A stretch of DNA of 64,000 nucleotides from Antedon mediterranea (Eukaryota; Animalia; Echinodermata): NCBI RefSeq assembly GCF_964355755.1, contig NC_092671.1, positions 6,324,001 through 6,388,000 of the forward strand, given 5' to 3'. Each line of letters begins with the position of its first letter. The stretch's first letter is position 1. The notes under the pieces are model-generated. The model searched no databases. It was not told where the DNA came from and worked only from the letters and a program-made list of their open reading frames with translations. The position numbers and the translations under genes were made by a program. Shown one piece after another: positions 49,621-63,349 of the stretch.

Positions 49621-51044
49621 ATATAAATATGTGTTATACAGAATAAAGACACCTTTTAAGACATGATAATTATATTATAATTAATTCATTTTTGGAATTG
49701 TTTTTGTAGGCCTACAGACGACTATATACATTGCTAGCAATCACATTTCCCACATTTCTGTATATATTTAGTGTGTACATAGATTTGTAACTAAAAATAA
49801 GTTTAAAATATTGTTTTTCATGTTTCTTGTATTTTTACTTTAGTTTTAAGTATTAATTTAAGAGGGAGAGTATTCAATAATACTGTAATAATATCATTAC
49901 GGTGTTCACATAGTCTCTCCGGGGTATTTAATTCTAAATATTCCAGAAATAAAATGAATACTCAAATAATAACTAAACAAGTTTAAGTGAGTATTGAATA
50001 AAATAATTATTGACAATTATTCGTAGGGCAGTACCAAATTATTTTATGTTTAAAACAACAACATTACACAGCTTGCTGAGCAATTAACACCATTGTTGTG
50101 CACTTGAATGGGTTTCCTATGACATAATAGGTGTTAATATGTCAATTGAGTGAGTCTTTCATGGCATTTGTAGTTGAGTTAGTCTTTGGTGACAATAGTA
50201 ACACACACTTGTAATTGAGTGGTATTTTGATTTTTAAATTTCATATTTCTAGTTAAAATTTTGAATATCTGAATATACCACAAGGTGTATCATTCCCTTG
50301 TTTATGATTTTTGTATGTTACCTGGAAATTGAATAAAAAAAAAAAATAAAAATAAAAAAAATAAAATAGCCCAAAAAGCTAAAAAAGTGATTTTTGAAAA
50401 ATGTGTCAGTTGAGTCGTTCTTTCATGACAGGGCAGTATAGTACAGGAAAATTGTTTTTGTTCACAAAACTGGTTTCTATGACTCTATAAGATGATGATA
50501 ACGCAACATATGCACATATATGGCAATATTAATGCATAATAAATGAATTTTAATTTTGGTATTGGAATTAGTAATTAGTAGTTAGTAGTAATTATAGTAC
50601 ATTTTGCCTGCAGGTGTGTGTATACAGGCCCGTAGCAACTGTTTTTTGGGGTTCGGACGATATTTTGCCCATTTTTTGAACAAATTCCTGTAGGCTACTA
50701 TAGTACAGGGAATTTTTCGAAAAATGACCAAATTTCGTTTATATTTGGGACATTAAATTTAATGCGAGTGCATAATAAAATTAATTTTCTTACCGATCTA
50801 TATAAATCGCAAAAAAATCTATATTAACTTGATACTGAACTTTTAATATTACTATATATATATACTACTATTGCATGTTCATATTTTATTTAAACTATTT
50901 GCATTGCCGTTTAGGATATGGTTTCTTATCTTAAGTAAGTAAGGTGTTCAGATGCTAATAATAACCTTTGATATGTCAAGCGTGAAAGTATCAAATAATT
51001 ATATTCATCCTGATATAAACAATAAAATACAAAAATATTTATAA

Positions 51045-51230
51045 TAATAATAATATCCTGGATTTATATAGCGTCTAATGTTGTGAAACCTCTAAGCGCT
51101 GAACATTATTACCCCGGTAATTTTTTTTTATCAAACACGTATGGAAACATACTCCCATAATGCAGCTAGTAATCAGCGCAACGTTGTATCTTAATGTAAC
51201 CGGTAACTCATTTATAGACCTGGGCGGAGA
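51045..51230 (-). mobile_element. SINE fragment, same family as 47075-47328
   Basis: Shared TATGGAAACATACTCCCATAATGCAGC and CATTATTACCCC blocks. Confidence 0.65.
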
Positions 51231-51339
51231 TTCAAGGAATACATAATCATTACAGTACTACAATTATTACTACTCAGTAGAGGGCGCTTAGTTTGCAGAA
51301 AATTAATAATACTACATTTACTTTTTAAATCAAAAAGAA

Positions 51340-51760
51340 ATGCAACGTTGTGTGCTTTATGATTATTATTATTATTATAAAATTAGTAATACAAATAAAT
51401 ATGAAACATCTTTTACATGTAAGATAAATTGGACGGATTTAATTATGCCTAAAGTTCTTAATATAAATATTAAATATCATAATTTGATGATTATTGTAAT
51501 AATATGAATGAATAATTTTGCACCATTGTGTTCTTTATGATTATTAAAATTAGTAATAAAAATAATTATAAACATCTTATTTAAGATAAATTGGACGGAT
51601 TTCATTATGCCTAAAGTTCTTAATATAAATATTAAATATCATAATTTGATTATTTTAATAATAGGAATGCAAAATTTCGGACGGAATATAATATTAAAAT
51701 AATTATAAAATATAATGCAAAACATTTACATACTATAAATTGGACGGACTTAAATATATA
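51340..51760. repeat. AT-rich tandem repeat, ~160-bp unit, 2-3 copies
   Basis: AAGATAAATTGGACGGATTT.ATTATGCCTAAAGTTCTTAATATAAATATTAAATATCATAATTTGAT at ~51421 and ~51583; partial at ~51736. Confidence 0.75.
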
Positions 51761-52095
51761 AAATATAATATATAGAGTTGCCATAAACTTGACTATGCAT
51801 CTTTATCATAGTACGAAATAATTAAAAAAACCTTTTCTGGTGACTGCAAAAAAGTCAGGTTTGCAGTTTTCCAAAAGAATTAAAGTATAGTTGAGAATGT
51901 CTCGACGTTGTTTCAACTATAGCTATAGAACATTTATATCTATAACTAGATACAAACATGATTGTAGATGTTTAATAAGAGTCAAAAACTTTATCAATCA
52001 AGCCGAACAGCAAGTGTGAATTCCTGAATATGATTCTCAATATAGGTATTGGAGGTTGCACCTGAATATGTAAATCACTTACAACTTGCCAGGTG

Positions 52096-55000
52096 CTAAC
52101 TTACCACACAAACCTTACTTTGGTTGGATGTAGATTTCGTATGCATGTTCATGACACTCTCTGCCCGTTTATCACGTGCGTTCATGCGTATCTGTTCCGA
52201 TTGCATTTTAATGAGTTCCTGTTGTAAGTGTACGACCATTGCATTATTATCCTTCATTTGCTTCACCTGATTGTTTAGTTCTTCTCGTAACAGTTCGATT
52301 TCATTTTTTAAAGCATTTTCACGAGCCTATTTAAATCAAAATTGTATTAGTTGATCCTGTTTTGATTCTCTTTTTGTTTGTATATATCTGTTTGTTTTGT
52401 CTTATGTAAAAGGGTTTGCAACAACAATTCAAAAAGGAAATAAACTTACCAAAGCAGCATTACTGGCGCCCTCTATCAATGTTTTCCGCTGCGCTTCATA
52501 TTCTTGTTCAAATTCTTGAAGCTTTATTTCTGCATATTTTTTCTCTTCTTGTAACTTATGCACCTCAAGCCTCAACTTAGCTTCTTCTTCTTGGTTTTTT
52601 TTCACCTCTATCATATTAGACTCTTTTTCTTTCATAGGCTGAATCTTGCCATCAATACTCCAAGAGCTATAATATAAAAAAAGTGCAAAAAGCTCTGTCT
52701 ACACTATCAAACTAGATTGACAAAAAATAGTGTGATGTGCCCAAATTTGGTATGGTTATTTTCTTAAGAGATTGTTCTAATTTCCAAAATTAATTTCTTT
52801 CTCCATTTTGTAGGTGGGGACAACAAGTAACAAGTAAAATAATACCGGTTTCTATCCAAATTTTTAAAGATTATTGGAATAGGTTAAAGGATAATATTGT
52901 GAAAGCATAGCAATTTGCTTTTTATAATTTAACTCGAAAATGTAATCATCATCACGGGTAACCATACCTATCTATTTAGGCAACTTAGAAATACTTTACC
53001 TTGTTCGTCCTCTGCCTCTACCAGCCCTCATTCTCATTGGTCGATGTGCTCCAGGGACTTGGACCTTTGACTGCTTGTAAGGAGTTCCTCTATTTGGAGG
53101 ATGTCTAAGAATGAAAAAAATTTATTTTCATAAAAACACGAACAACAAATCATTCATTCTATTTCTTTATCTTTTAAAACCACAACAAATAGCAACATAA
53201 TAGGAGGGTTTTTTCAAATAGACAGACGAAAAACAAATCAGAAGCTAAGAACTTTGCGCCAAAACTGACAAAACAAAATAGATCATCTTATGGGTCACTC
53301 ACATTGATTTCTGGGGTCCAAATGTTAAACGGTTATGTCCAGGCAGCTGACTGAAATGATCAAAAAAATTGGTAAAATCAATACCATATATGAGGAGATG
53401 GCCATGGCTAAGTAAGGAAACACAGTTAGTACAAGTATATAGGTAAGTTATTAAGCTATTCTATCGGAGAAGGTTCAAGGCTTGGATAACTTGTCCTGAC
53501 ACCAGATCTATAGTGTCTCAGATAACAATTTTAAAAATAGAGGTCTAGTGTACACATGGCACAATCACTCGAAAAAGACATGGGCATATTTTGTGATGTT
53601 ACAGCAGTTTGTAGCCATGTTGTTGCTTGTTGTTTGAGTTGGGGCTACTCATAAAGTTGTACATTGATGTGCAGTACATTACCTATTATTGTCAGATTGT
53701 TGGGAGACATCAGTATTGTTGGGTCTCTCTTGGTTGCTTTTCTTAGATGCATTAGTTGAGTCATCTGATTTCTAGTAAACAAATCAAATTATTGAATTCT
53801 TTATAAAAACGCTTTTTAATCAATGTTATACTACACATTTGCCATTTTTTAAAGAAAATACACTATACTTAACTACAAAATACAAATTTTGTAATCTATG
53901 CAAGATACTATCATTAAATACATGGCAGATGAGTTAATTAAATTAAACAAATTGTTGTGCTTTCTTTTCTTTTTCAAAGTAATAGAAAGCAACAAATAGA
54001 TAGTAAAGAGACTAGAATTGTCACAGTAAGGGATTTGGAAGGTGACAATTTGAATATGCATTTTGAAAAAGCCATAATGACACAAACTTGATATGCTGTA
54101 GATATTTTGATTGATTCTTACCTCGCCAGTGTTGATATCATTGTCTTCATCTAGAGCTTTCAAACCTCTAGGTTTCTTTACACCTTAAAACAAACAAGCA
54201 CAAAAACATTTACAAGTGGATGAACAATAAAAAAACAACCAAGTAAATAGTTGCTATACCTTCACATGTAAGCAATGAACAATTTGGTATCATTCGTTAT
54301 CCTCTACAGGTAGTTTACAAAATGACAATGCCATGTTATGTTTTGTATAATAATTATAAGTAATTGATTCTTTAATGCAGAGTCAGTGCTGTGAGAAAAT
54401 TAAAACTTTAATAATTTTGGTGCAGATGTCTTATCTTGCTGCTGTGAAAAGATTGGCGGATTTGTTACTAAACTGACACACTATTGACGATAGCAAACAC
54501 ATGCCATTTTGCATCTAACTTGATTTTTCAACATATATTATGTTCCTCTTCATTTACCTAATCATTCAATTATTATTCTTTTTTCATTTATAATATAACT
54601 GATTTGAAGCAAACTAATTGTGTGATGTGAAAACAATAATCTTCTACAAATGCAAAGTACATTAAAGTGAAAATTGAGAATTTTGACAATGAATGCAGAT
54701 CCAGCAGTTGGTGGCAATAGATAATTTATAAAAAATAATAATAAAACAAACTATTTCCCTTCCACATTTCAAACTGATCGACTGAACGAATCTCGGATCA
54801 ACCATGAATACAGGCTTTCTATTTAAATGGTATATTGCATGATTTTTTATTGAAGATATTGAATATATAATGCCTCCTGCATATAATATCACATACAATA
54901 TATTAAATAAGATATTGTGTGTTATATTATTGTGTTATTAGGCTGACTATTCTAGTATTTTAAATTTTTAATTAATATACTATTTATAGATTTCTATAAG

Positions 55001-58000
55001 GCAATCATAAATAACATATCAAATATATTGTGTGGTTTACTAAATTAGGAAAATGTAAATGTAACGCTACTACAGGTATGCAAATTTATTTGCGTGATTA
55101 CTATTTTTAGAAATAAAAGTATCAAACACCTGTATGATAATGATAATGTAAATAATGGGATGCAGTGGATAGCATTTTACGCTTCTACCATACAAAAACT
55201 AACATACAATATAACATACAGATTTTATTTCCTATTAATTAACATGTAAATGAAGCAACATGCAATATACACAATGGAGTTACCATTACTAGAATCAAGA
55301 TGGTTCAAATCGGGTAGTTCACAAAGGTCTGCATGCATAATAAAAGATTAAATATAGAAAGAAATTATAATAATTGATTACAGTACACACATAGAAAAAA
55401 TGAATTGTAATAAAATGTATTAATATATTAAAGATAAGTTAAACAATAGTTCATGATTAAGTATTTATGATCTCATCAATTATGGATTACAATGTTATAT
55501 TACAGTATATAAATCCAAAGGCAAATTACTGAAGAAATGACAATGCCGTGGGTGTGAGTGACAGGATCTCAATGGAGAAAAGGAAAAAGATAAATTAAAA
55601 AAACATAAATGCCAGGAAAAAGTCCCAAGCTTTTAGCGAACACTTCGTCTACAATAGAATTAGAAAAAAAAGTGGGGAAGGTTGAAAAAAAACCAGGACT
55701 TGGAAAAACGTGAAGAATATTGGAAACAACCAGGATACTATCATCACAGAACAGAGGGGAATGAGATTAGAATGTGCGTATAGGCAATGTAATATATTTA
55801 TAATTTTTGCAATTTTAAAGGAATATAATCAGGGAAGAATCTTCTCTGATAATATAATGATTCATATATTGCGGAAATTTCAGTTATTATAATTTGAACA
55901 CACAATATTAAAAATGATATTTTGATATAGAAAGTGCAAACACGCAGGTTATATCCCCAGTTACATTTACAGAATTTTAACTTAAATTTATTAGTACATA
56001 CCTTTGAGCGCTGCAATGTCTTTGTTTATTTTAATATTAGCCATACTAGCATCGGGTAATAATGCCATTGCATTGCTTTCATCATCACTATCATCGGCAT
56101 CGTTATCATCAGCAACCTCTATAGTCTCTTTCATCTCTTTTTTTAGCCATGTAGGAATCTAAACAAAATTCCACAAATGGAAAAAAAAGAAAGAAAACAC
56201 AGTATTCAGACAAGTATTGCAATGGTTTGAATTGAATTGAAATATTTTATTTATACTGGGCGACCTCTTCAGTCAAAGACTGGTCTCCCAGAGGGCCCAG
56301 TTATGATCAGTGGCTGTGATGTAATAGTACAGCAGGGTAATCCCCTACTCGTCTCGAAAGATGTACTAGGTTCTTTAAAGTGCACACGAGCTAGATGTGT
56401 ACACGAGCTAGATGTGTACACTGGACCTACGGTTTACAGTCCTTATCCGAGAAGACTCGTTCTACCACCAGAACCATGGAGTGAGTTAGCCTTGAACCTC
56501 TGCCGATGTTATGGCTACGTAATTACGGTTCCACTGTCTTAACCGCTTGGTCACTCTCTCCTCCTTGTTGGAGCAAGTGTATAAGCAATGTAAATACATA
56601 AAAAAAAAAAATTAGACTCGGTTGTTCCTATTATTTTTGAGGAACACTGTTATTGTTTTTGTAGCCATCTTCTTCTGAAGACACTTGGCAGTCATTGACA
56701 AATATATTGTATGGTGTTTGCTCAAGATCCAAGTATATACCATGCTACACGTCTTTATTTTTGGTTCTTTGAATTTGATTTCTTTTTTCTGCCAACTTAA
56801 TTACTCCATAAACTTTCTTGTGTTGAATGTTTTCCTTGGCAATAAAGAATTATTATGTACAGTGGGACAAAACTATTAATGAAATAAAGAAGACAAACCG
56901 TTCCCAATGTATCCGCTTCAGAGGTTTCAGAGCTTGTGTAGTCATCTGCTGTGTATGATTTTCTTCCATTCTCAGACTGAGAGTTCTCTACACCTGGTTC
57001 TATAAGAGTCTGTCCACTACTGCACAGCAAAACGAAAAACATTAACAGGTAAAATAAATTGCTTAATATAAAAGGAAAGTATATCAAAAAGCAGCAAACC
57101 TGCACAATAAAATTTGAATAGAAAGTTTTTGAGATTCAAGCCAAAACTAACCAGTGGGGAAATAAGCAAGTTGGTAGAGATGAAAATAAAATGTACTTAC
57201 GTTCGCCTGGTCATGCCTTTTTTCTTTTTGCGGGATCGTCGTCTGGGTGGTGGGGGTGGTGCTGTTGTCTCAACTTGAAGCAGTAGACAATCGCCGTGAC
57301 CTAATACATTATTGAGCACAACTTGAAAACTTTCGCCTGTCTCAGCACTTTGTGACCCAGTGGAATCAAACCTAGAGTACAGAATTATGAGATGAACATA
57401 CAGTAGTGTGGGCCACTACATAGATGTTTTTGTAATTTATCAGATTGTATAGGACCTAATCTTATAAAACCATTTGATTTACCTTCAATTAATAATGTAT
57501 CTGGCAGTATAATATTCTAAATTAAATTGACTACAGACTTACATAAGGATTGGTGTTGGTTGTAAAATAACCTTTGAATCATTTTGTTTATCATCACTAG
57601 TGGTGCTGCCAACACTGGTTACCGTCTTTCTGCTAACTGAGCTTCCTACAGAAATCAATAATAAAGAACAAATTTGATTTTATTATCAAGAGCTAATAAA
57701 GGTTTGAGGAATATTTGGCACATTATCATGAATTATAATGTCATTTGACAATGATAATATCAACTACATTTTACAATTATTTTTTTATGAAATACATTAA
57801 AATGTAATTATTGACCTTCCATGAATACAATACTTGTACAGTAGTTCACAAAGTACATAAATCTTTGAAAGATCTATTAGTAACATTATAATCCAAAGAA
57901 TATCACAGACAGAAAACAAGAGGTGGGATTCTCAACTGCCGTTGATAGGCATAGACAATATTAAACAAACAAATTAATCCATGACAAAATGTGCTGAAAG

Positions 58001-61000
58001 TGATTTCTAACATATAATTTCAATAACATTCCAGAAACAGGTCATTGTACTTAATGAATTAAAAAAAAATTAAAAAGTAAATATTAGCTTTGGAAAAGCT
58101 CCAGAATATAACAGCTTTTGCAATAGAACATTTATCGCATTGTATTGAAAGTTTATAAAAGTTGTGATGGACTTTCTAATTGTCTGTCAAACCATGTGCC
58201 GAAAATACTCAGTGCCTGTAAAATGCATTTTTTGTGGTGATTTAGCATATTAAAATTTCCACTACCATTTTTACAGTTAACAATTTAATAGATTACATTA
58301 TAACCGCTTTAACACACATAATGTAGATGAATTAAAGGCGTGCAATGACTTTCACAATGAGATGGACATCTGAATAGGAGGTACAGTATTAAAGTAAATT
58401 TAAATGTTTGTGAGAAAATGTTCATTACTTTATTGTTCTAGTGCAACATAGTTCATAGTTCAACATAGTTCCCTAAAACAAAATGCCTCACATCAAAATT
58501 ATAAACCAGAACAGATACCGACTAAACATCAATACCAAACAAACTGTGCATCGTGAATCTTACCCTTTCGTAACTTATTCCGTGGTGAATCCATTGACCA
58601 AACAACGGATGCTTGTAGTAATAATTAATAATAATAAATAATTAAACAGAGTATTATTATTATTATTTAAAAATTGATTTTGTGTAGTTTTAGGTACTAT
58701 TGATAATTTGATGTTTTAATAATTTAAAAGATTTTCACGCCTACAATCTATAGTTATATTTAGAAACTTTAAACTGGAAAATAATTAATTTTGAAATGAA
58801 GACATTTATGAGAATAACATGCAAACATCCTACAACATTTATACAGCCTAGGACTGAGACTTGAGGATCCCCTTAAAGCTCTGTCTACACTATCAAACTA
58901 GTTTGACAAAAAAGTGTGATGTTTTTGTCACATAAAGTTTGATAGTGTACACAAAGCTTAAGAAATGATTGTAGTGTATTTGCATATATGCATTATCAAT
59001 CATTTAACTAAACATAAAATCATTCATATAAAAAAAAAATATACGTACCCGAAGGTCTTCTGTCGGTCACTGGTAAAGACTCCTTATCAACAAACAGGTT
59101 GTCTCCACTGACAAGACGTTGACGACTTACAGGCGTACTTTTTGTACCTATAAAAAAGAAAATTATATTTGCAATAAGAATATCAATTCACTCCATGTTA
59201 ATTGAGTGTTTAGTGATCCATAAATCTAGTTTAATTCCACCACAAATTGCATTGCGTTTTTTTCTTAAGCTCTGTCTACACTATCAAACTAGTTCGGCAA
59301 AAACAGTGTGATGTGCCCAAATATGGTAGTGATATGCTTAAATATGGTAGTGATATGATATTATGTCCATATACATGGGCACATCACATAAAGTTTGATA
59401 GTGTACACAGAGCTTTAAAGGTAATTCTAGCATTTATCATAGTTGAACATCACATTACTGTACACTATTGAATAATTTAATCATACCTCATATCATACTA
59501 CTAGATAGATAAAACTACTAATTTTGCCTTCATACAAATTTAGAAAGAATACCATTTCACTATAGAAATATTAAAAAAAAAGTTACTTTTAAACTATGGT
59601 TTTTATTTGATAAGTTTAATTTGTCTCTTAAATTGTAAAGTTTTTCAAGAAATATATCTATCTAACTGGCTGGCTGGCCACCAACTTCCACTCTCATATG
59701 GAAGGCTCGAAACACATTTTTGTCTAGACAGGACATTGTTTTCTTCTTCAAAACAGATACTTATGTTATATACTGGAAACAACACATTTAATAATAATAG
59801 CAACTGACAAAAGCTAATACTAAAACAACAATTTAAATACTGTTCATAATTTCATTGAACAAGTTCCCTTGGCAATCAATTATAAAGGATTCATAAACAG
59901 CAATTTTCTATCACATTTGTAAATAATAACTACAGTAAAAATCAGTTGATAGTTCATTGGCCAATCCTTGATATTATTATGCAATTGTTTTTTCCCCATT
60001 TGTCAAGAGTGTAAATTATCAAATTTGTTCATTACAATGCGTACAATAAAACATATCTTTTAAAAGCAAAAATTAGATATCTATTAAATAAAAATTATAA
60101 AGCTAATTTTAATTGTTAAAAAAGCAATATAATAATATATATAACATTTTAAAAATACAAATGTGTGAGTCTAGAAATCAATTTATGTGTAAGTGTGTCC
60201 AGTATTATTTAAATCCAAAGAGAAATTACTTAAAAAAGTGACAATGCTGTGGGTATCAGTGGTTGGATCTTAATGGAGATACAAATAAAATATTAAAGCA
60301 GAAAGCTAAATCAAAACAGTAAAGTAAAACTGCCGGGAAAAGCTTTGTCGGGGTAATGTAGATGCTATTTTAAAAAGCAAAAATATTAACACAATATATA
60401 TAATGGACTTTATTTAGGGGACACTTTCTGTGAACAAATGATTGAGGTAATATTTATGCCCAACCAATATTCAGAGGACACTGGTCTTGAAGGTGTCCCT
60501 GGGTTCTACTGCATTTCCCAAGGTCAGAATTAAACGTCCAGTGCCCTAAAGATTCTATCATTAATGACCATTATCACAAGTATCACAAATTAAAGAAGAT
60601 ATCTTTACACAGCTAATAAGTAATAACAGTAATTTGTATGTGCCTTTAGCTTTGAAAATCAGTTTTCAAATAACATACCATTTGATACATAAAATGCCAT
60701 CATATCATCAATCTCTTCTAATTATCGAATGGAAATATGCGCAATAGAGCATAAATAGAGTAAATAAAAATATATATATATTGAACAAGCTTTATAAACT
60801 GTATATTATAATAAATATCATAATACTGACATATACCAATATTCAAATTTCTGGATATTATTATATTATAATATTCATATATTACATTTACATATTTTAA
60901 CTATTTGTTCTTCTGTTCGATTGTTTCCTTTATTTTACTTGCCGATATCGGTTTTTTAATAAATACTGTAAAATCAAGAGTTTGTAAAAACGAACATTTT

Positions 61001-63349
61001 GAATAAAGAAAAAGGGAAGAAAAAACACATGGAGGTTCAAACTGTTTTATTATCCTTACCCTAAAATTTATAATTTTTATAAAAGCTTATAATCAAATAT
61101 TAAGTTATATAAAATCTAAATCAACATGGATAACTGCTGTATATCATTTTGGTTTGACTTAATAAAAAAAAAAAGAAAAATGACAAACCTTTTCCGTCCG
61201 AATACGAATGATTTGCATCATTCAAATCAAGGTTGCTACACATAGACGAAAGAGACTCAACACTAGGACTACGCACTGGTGGCTTTTCCCCTATAGGCGT
61301 GGTCATCGACATATCGTTACTGCTTTTAGTGCCCTCATCACTGGTAGGGGGCGAGATCTTGAAACCTCTACCCCACATGTACAGATGATTGTCATCTGTG
61401 CCAGCCACAGTGAAGTGTTCACTACAGGTTATCATCTAAAATAGAGCATTATGATTGTGATTTGTAAAACTATCAAACTAGTTTTTAAAAGTGTGATGTG
61501 CCCAAATATAGTAGTGATATGCCACATCATATTTTTTTGTCACATAAAGTTTGATAATGTAGACAGCTTAAGAATGTTAACATTTTGGAAACATTTTAGG
61601 CCAGCTGAAGGGGCTGGACTAGATTAAATTATTTTATTCTTTCTCAGATTCTACTAGGAATTTAAAGGAGTCATAATCTCCCTAATTACTGAAATCCTTG
61701 TCCACGCATTTGTTTCATCTCGGCTGGACAGTTGTAATTCCCTCCTGTATGGCTTACCAGCAAAGACCATAAACACCATCCAACAAATGAAAAAATCTAG
61801 TTCTAGGATTTTTAACCTCTCTAAATTGAAATAAATTCTTTACTTTAACAGATTTATCAGCCATTTGCCTGACTTGCGCTGGAGCTGTCCGTGATTTCAC
61901 ATCCCCTGTACCAAGTTGACCATCACTGTTTTTTCCAAATGTGTAGACAATGCCAGATTCAATGATAACTGCACTATGGTGTTGACCTAGCATCATGTCC
62001 AAGACGCGGAACGTCGACAAGGGTTTGATAATAGTTGGTACCTTACGGCCGTCAACTTCCGTCTGAATAAAACATCAAATCATAATCACTTTTTAGACTA
62101 CTGTTCGTATTTAAACTCTTTATAAAATAAAATCTAAATAAAATCATAATAACCATGCACAAGCTTAATTTTGCTTGCTCTGGTTTGAATCCCTCTTAAG
62201 TTATCAAAAGGAAAACAATAACAAAAGTTAATCTAAAAGAATCACATACACTTAAGCTCTGTATACACTATCAAACTAGTTTTACAAAAAAAGTGTGATA
62301 TGTGCAAATATGGTAGTGATATGATATCGACATGTCTATATATGGGCTCATCACATTGTTTTTTGTCACATAAAGTTTGATAGTGTAGACAGAGTTATGT
62401 AAAACCAAAAATATGAAGAGTTATGAACTTACTTTAGTAAAAATATTTTTCATTGCCATGAGGAAGCCTTGCCTGTTATTCAGTCCCAACTTGTTAAACT
62501 CATTGTTTCCACAGGCCAGGAGAGATCCCATGTCTGACAAGAACATCGTACCATCCCTACCACATTTAACCATACGGATGTAAACCGACTCTCCAGACAG
62601 GTCAACAGCTTGCGGTTCACAGTGGTTTTCTTCATCTCCTAGGCCTAGCCTTCCATCCTTGCCAACACCCCAGGAGAACACCTCGCCATCAGCTCCGACA
62701 GCCACGACATGATGTGGTCCACAGTCTATGGAGGTGACATCGATGCTTAGAAGAACCTCAATGAGTCTTGGTCTGGAGGCATTACTCCAGTCACCATGGG
62801 CAAGGCATCCTTTGCTGCCATCTCCACACGTCATCACGATGCCATTGTCACTGGCAAACACACTAAATCCATCCCCACAGCATGCCCTGTAGATAAAAAT
62901 AATAGAAAACATTTACAAAAACATCAAGAATAATGTGAATTTCACAAGCGTAAAGGAAAAGTTGATTTATTTTCCAATAAATATATAAACATATTTGATG
63001 GGAGTACTTTTTAACTGTAATTCAGAGATTAAGTTCAGAATTTGATAAAGTAGAACCCAACCTTTGGTACACTCCCAAGGAGAGAACAAGGGAAACGTAT
63101 AGTATGGTATATGGTATACATTTTTTGGGCTTGAAGGCGTTTTCTTAGTGTTTTACTAACATACAGTACTGTATCGTTAGTAAGTAATACTTACTTTGTG
63201 ATAGATTTTCCTTTCAGAGATTCAACAACCTCGGGTGACTGTCTAGATTTCAAGTCTCCGTGACCCAGTTGCCCTTTGTTGTTTTCACCCCAAGTAAACA
63301 CTGACCTTTCACACGTCACAACAATCATATGAGTGGAACAAATCGCCAC
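52096..63349 (-). CDS. NEK8: Gene G: NEK8/NEK9-like kinase, RCC1 repeats plus C-terminal tail; 5' part (presumed kinase domain) lies beyond the window
   Basis: Exons 63349-63195, 62886-62433, 62062-61844, 61435-61189, 59147-59049, (58611-58564), 57645-57543, 57371-57201, 57019-56899, 56158-56002, (55328-55284), 54183-54122, 53771-53683, 53104-53000, 52666-52450 and 52326-52096; phases are consistent. RCC1 blades GIVMTCGDGSKGCLAHG, FSWGVGKDGRLGLG and LACGNNEFNKLGL resemble recalled human NEK8. The symbol is tentative (NEK8-like) because the kinase domain is not visible. Confidence 0.8.
56230..56560 (-). mobile_element. tRNA-derived SINE in a gene G intron
   Basis: On the minus strand: A-box GTGACCAAGCGGTTAAGAC, B-box-like GGTTCAAGGC, and a tail ending AATAAAATAT(TCAAT)n. 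Confidence 0.65.
58876..58959. mobile_element. MITE family AGCTCTGTCTACAC, internally deleted copy
   Basis: Both TIRs are present; 84 bp. Confidence 0.75.
59267..59414. mobile_element. MITE family AGCTCTGTCTACAC copy
   Basis: AGCTCTGTCTACACTATCAAACT ... AGTTTGATAGTGTACACAGAGCT|TTAA. Confidence 0.8.
61660..61790 (+). mobile_element. L2 LINE fragment
   Basis: TEILVHAFVSSRLDSCNSLLYGLPAKTINTIQ, a canonical L2 ORF2 motif. Confidence 0.75.
62255..62395. mobile_element. MITE family AGCTCTGTCTACAC copy (other partial copies at 34258-34320, 52691-52752, 61466-61570)
   Basis: AGCTCTGTATACACTATCAAACT ... AGTTTGATAGTGTAGACAGAGTT. Confidence 0.8.

Noticed and set aside
52096-63349. RPGR as the identity of the RCC1 plus CaaX gene
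   Set aside because: The blade sequences resemble recalled NEK8 more than RPGR; not fully excluded until the upstream exons are seen.
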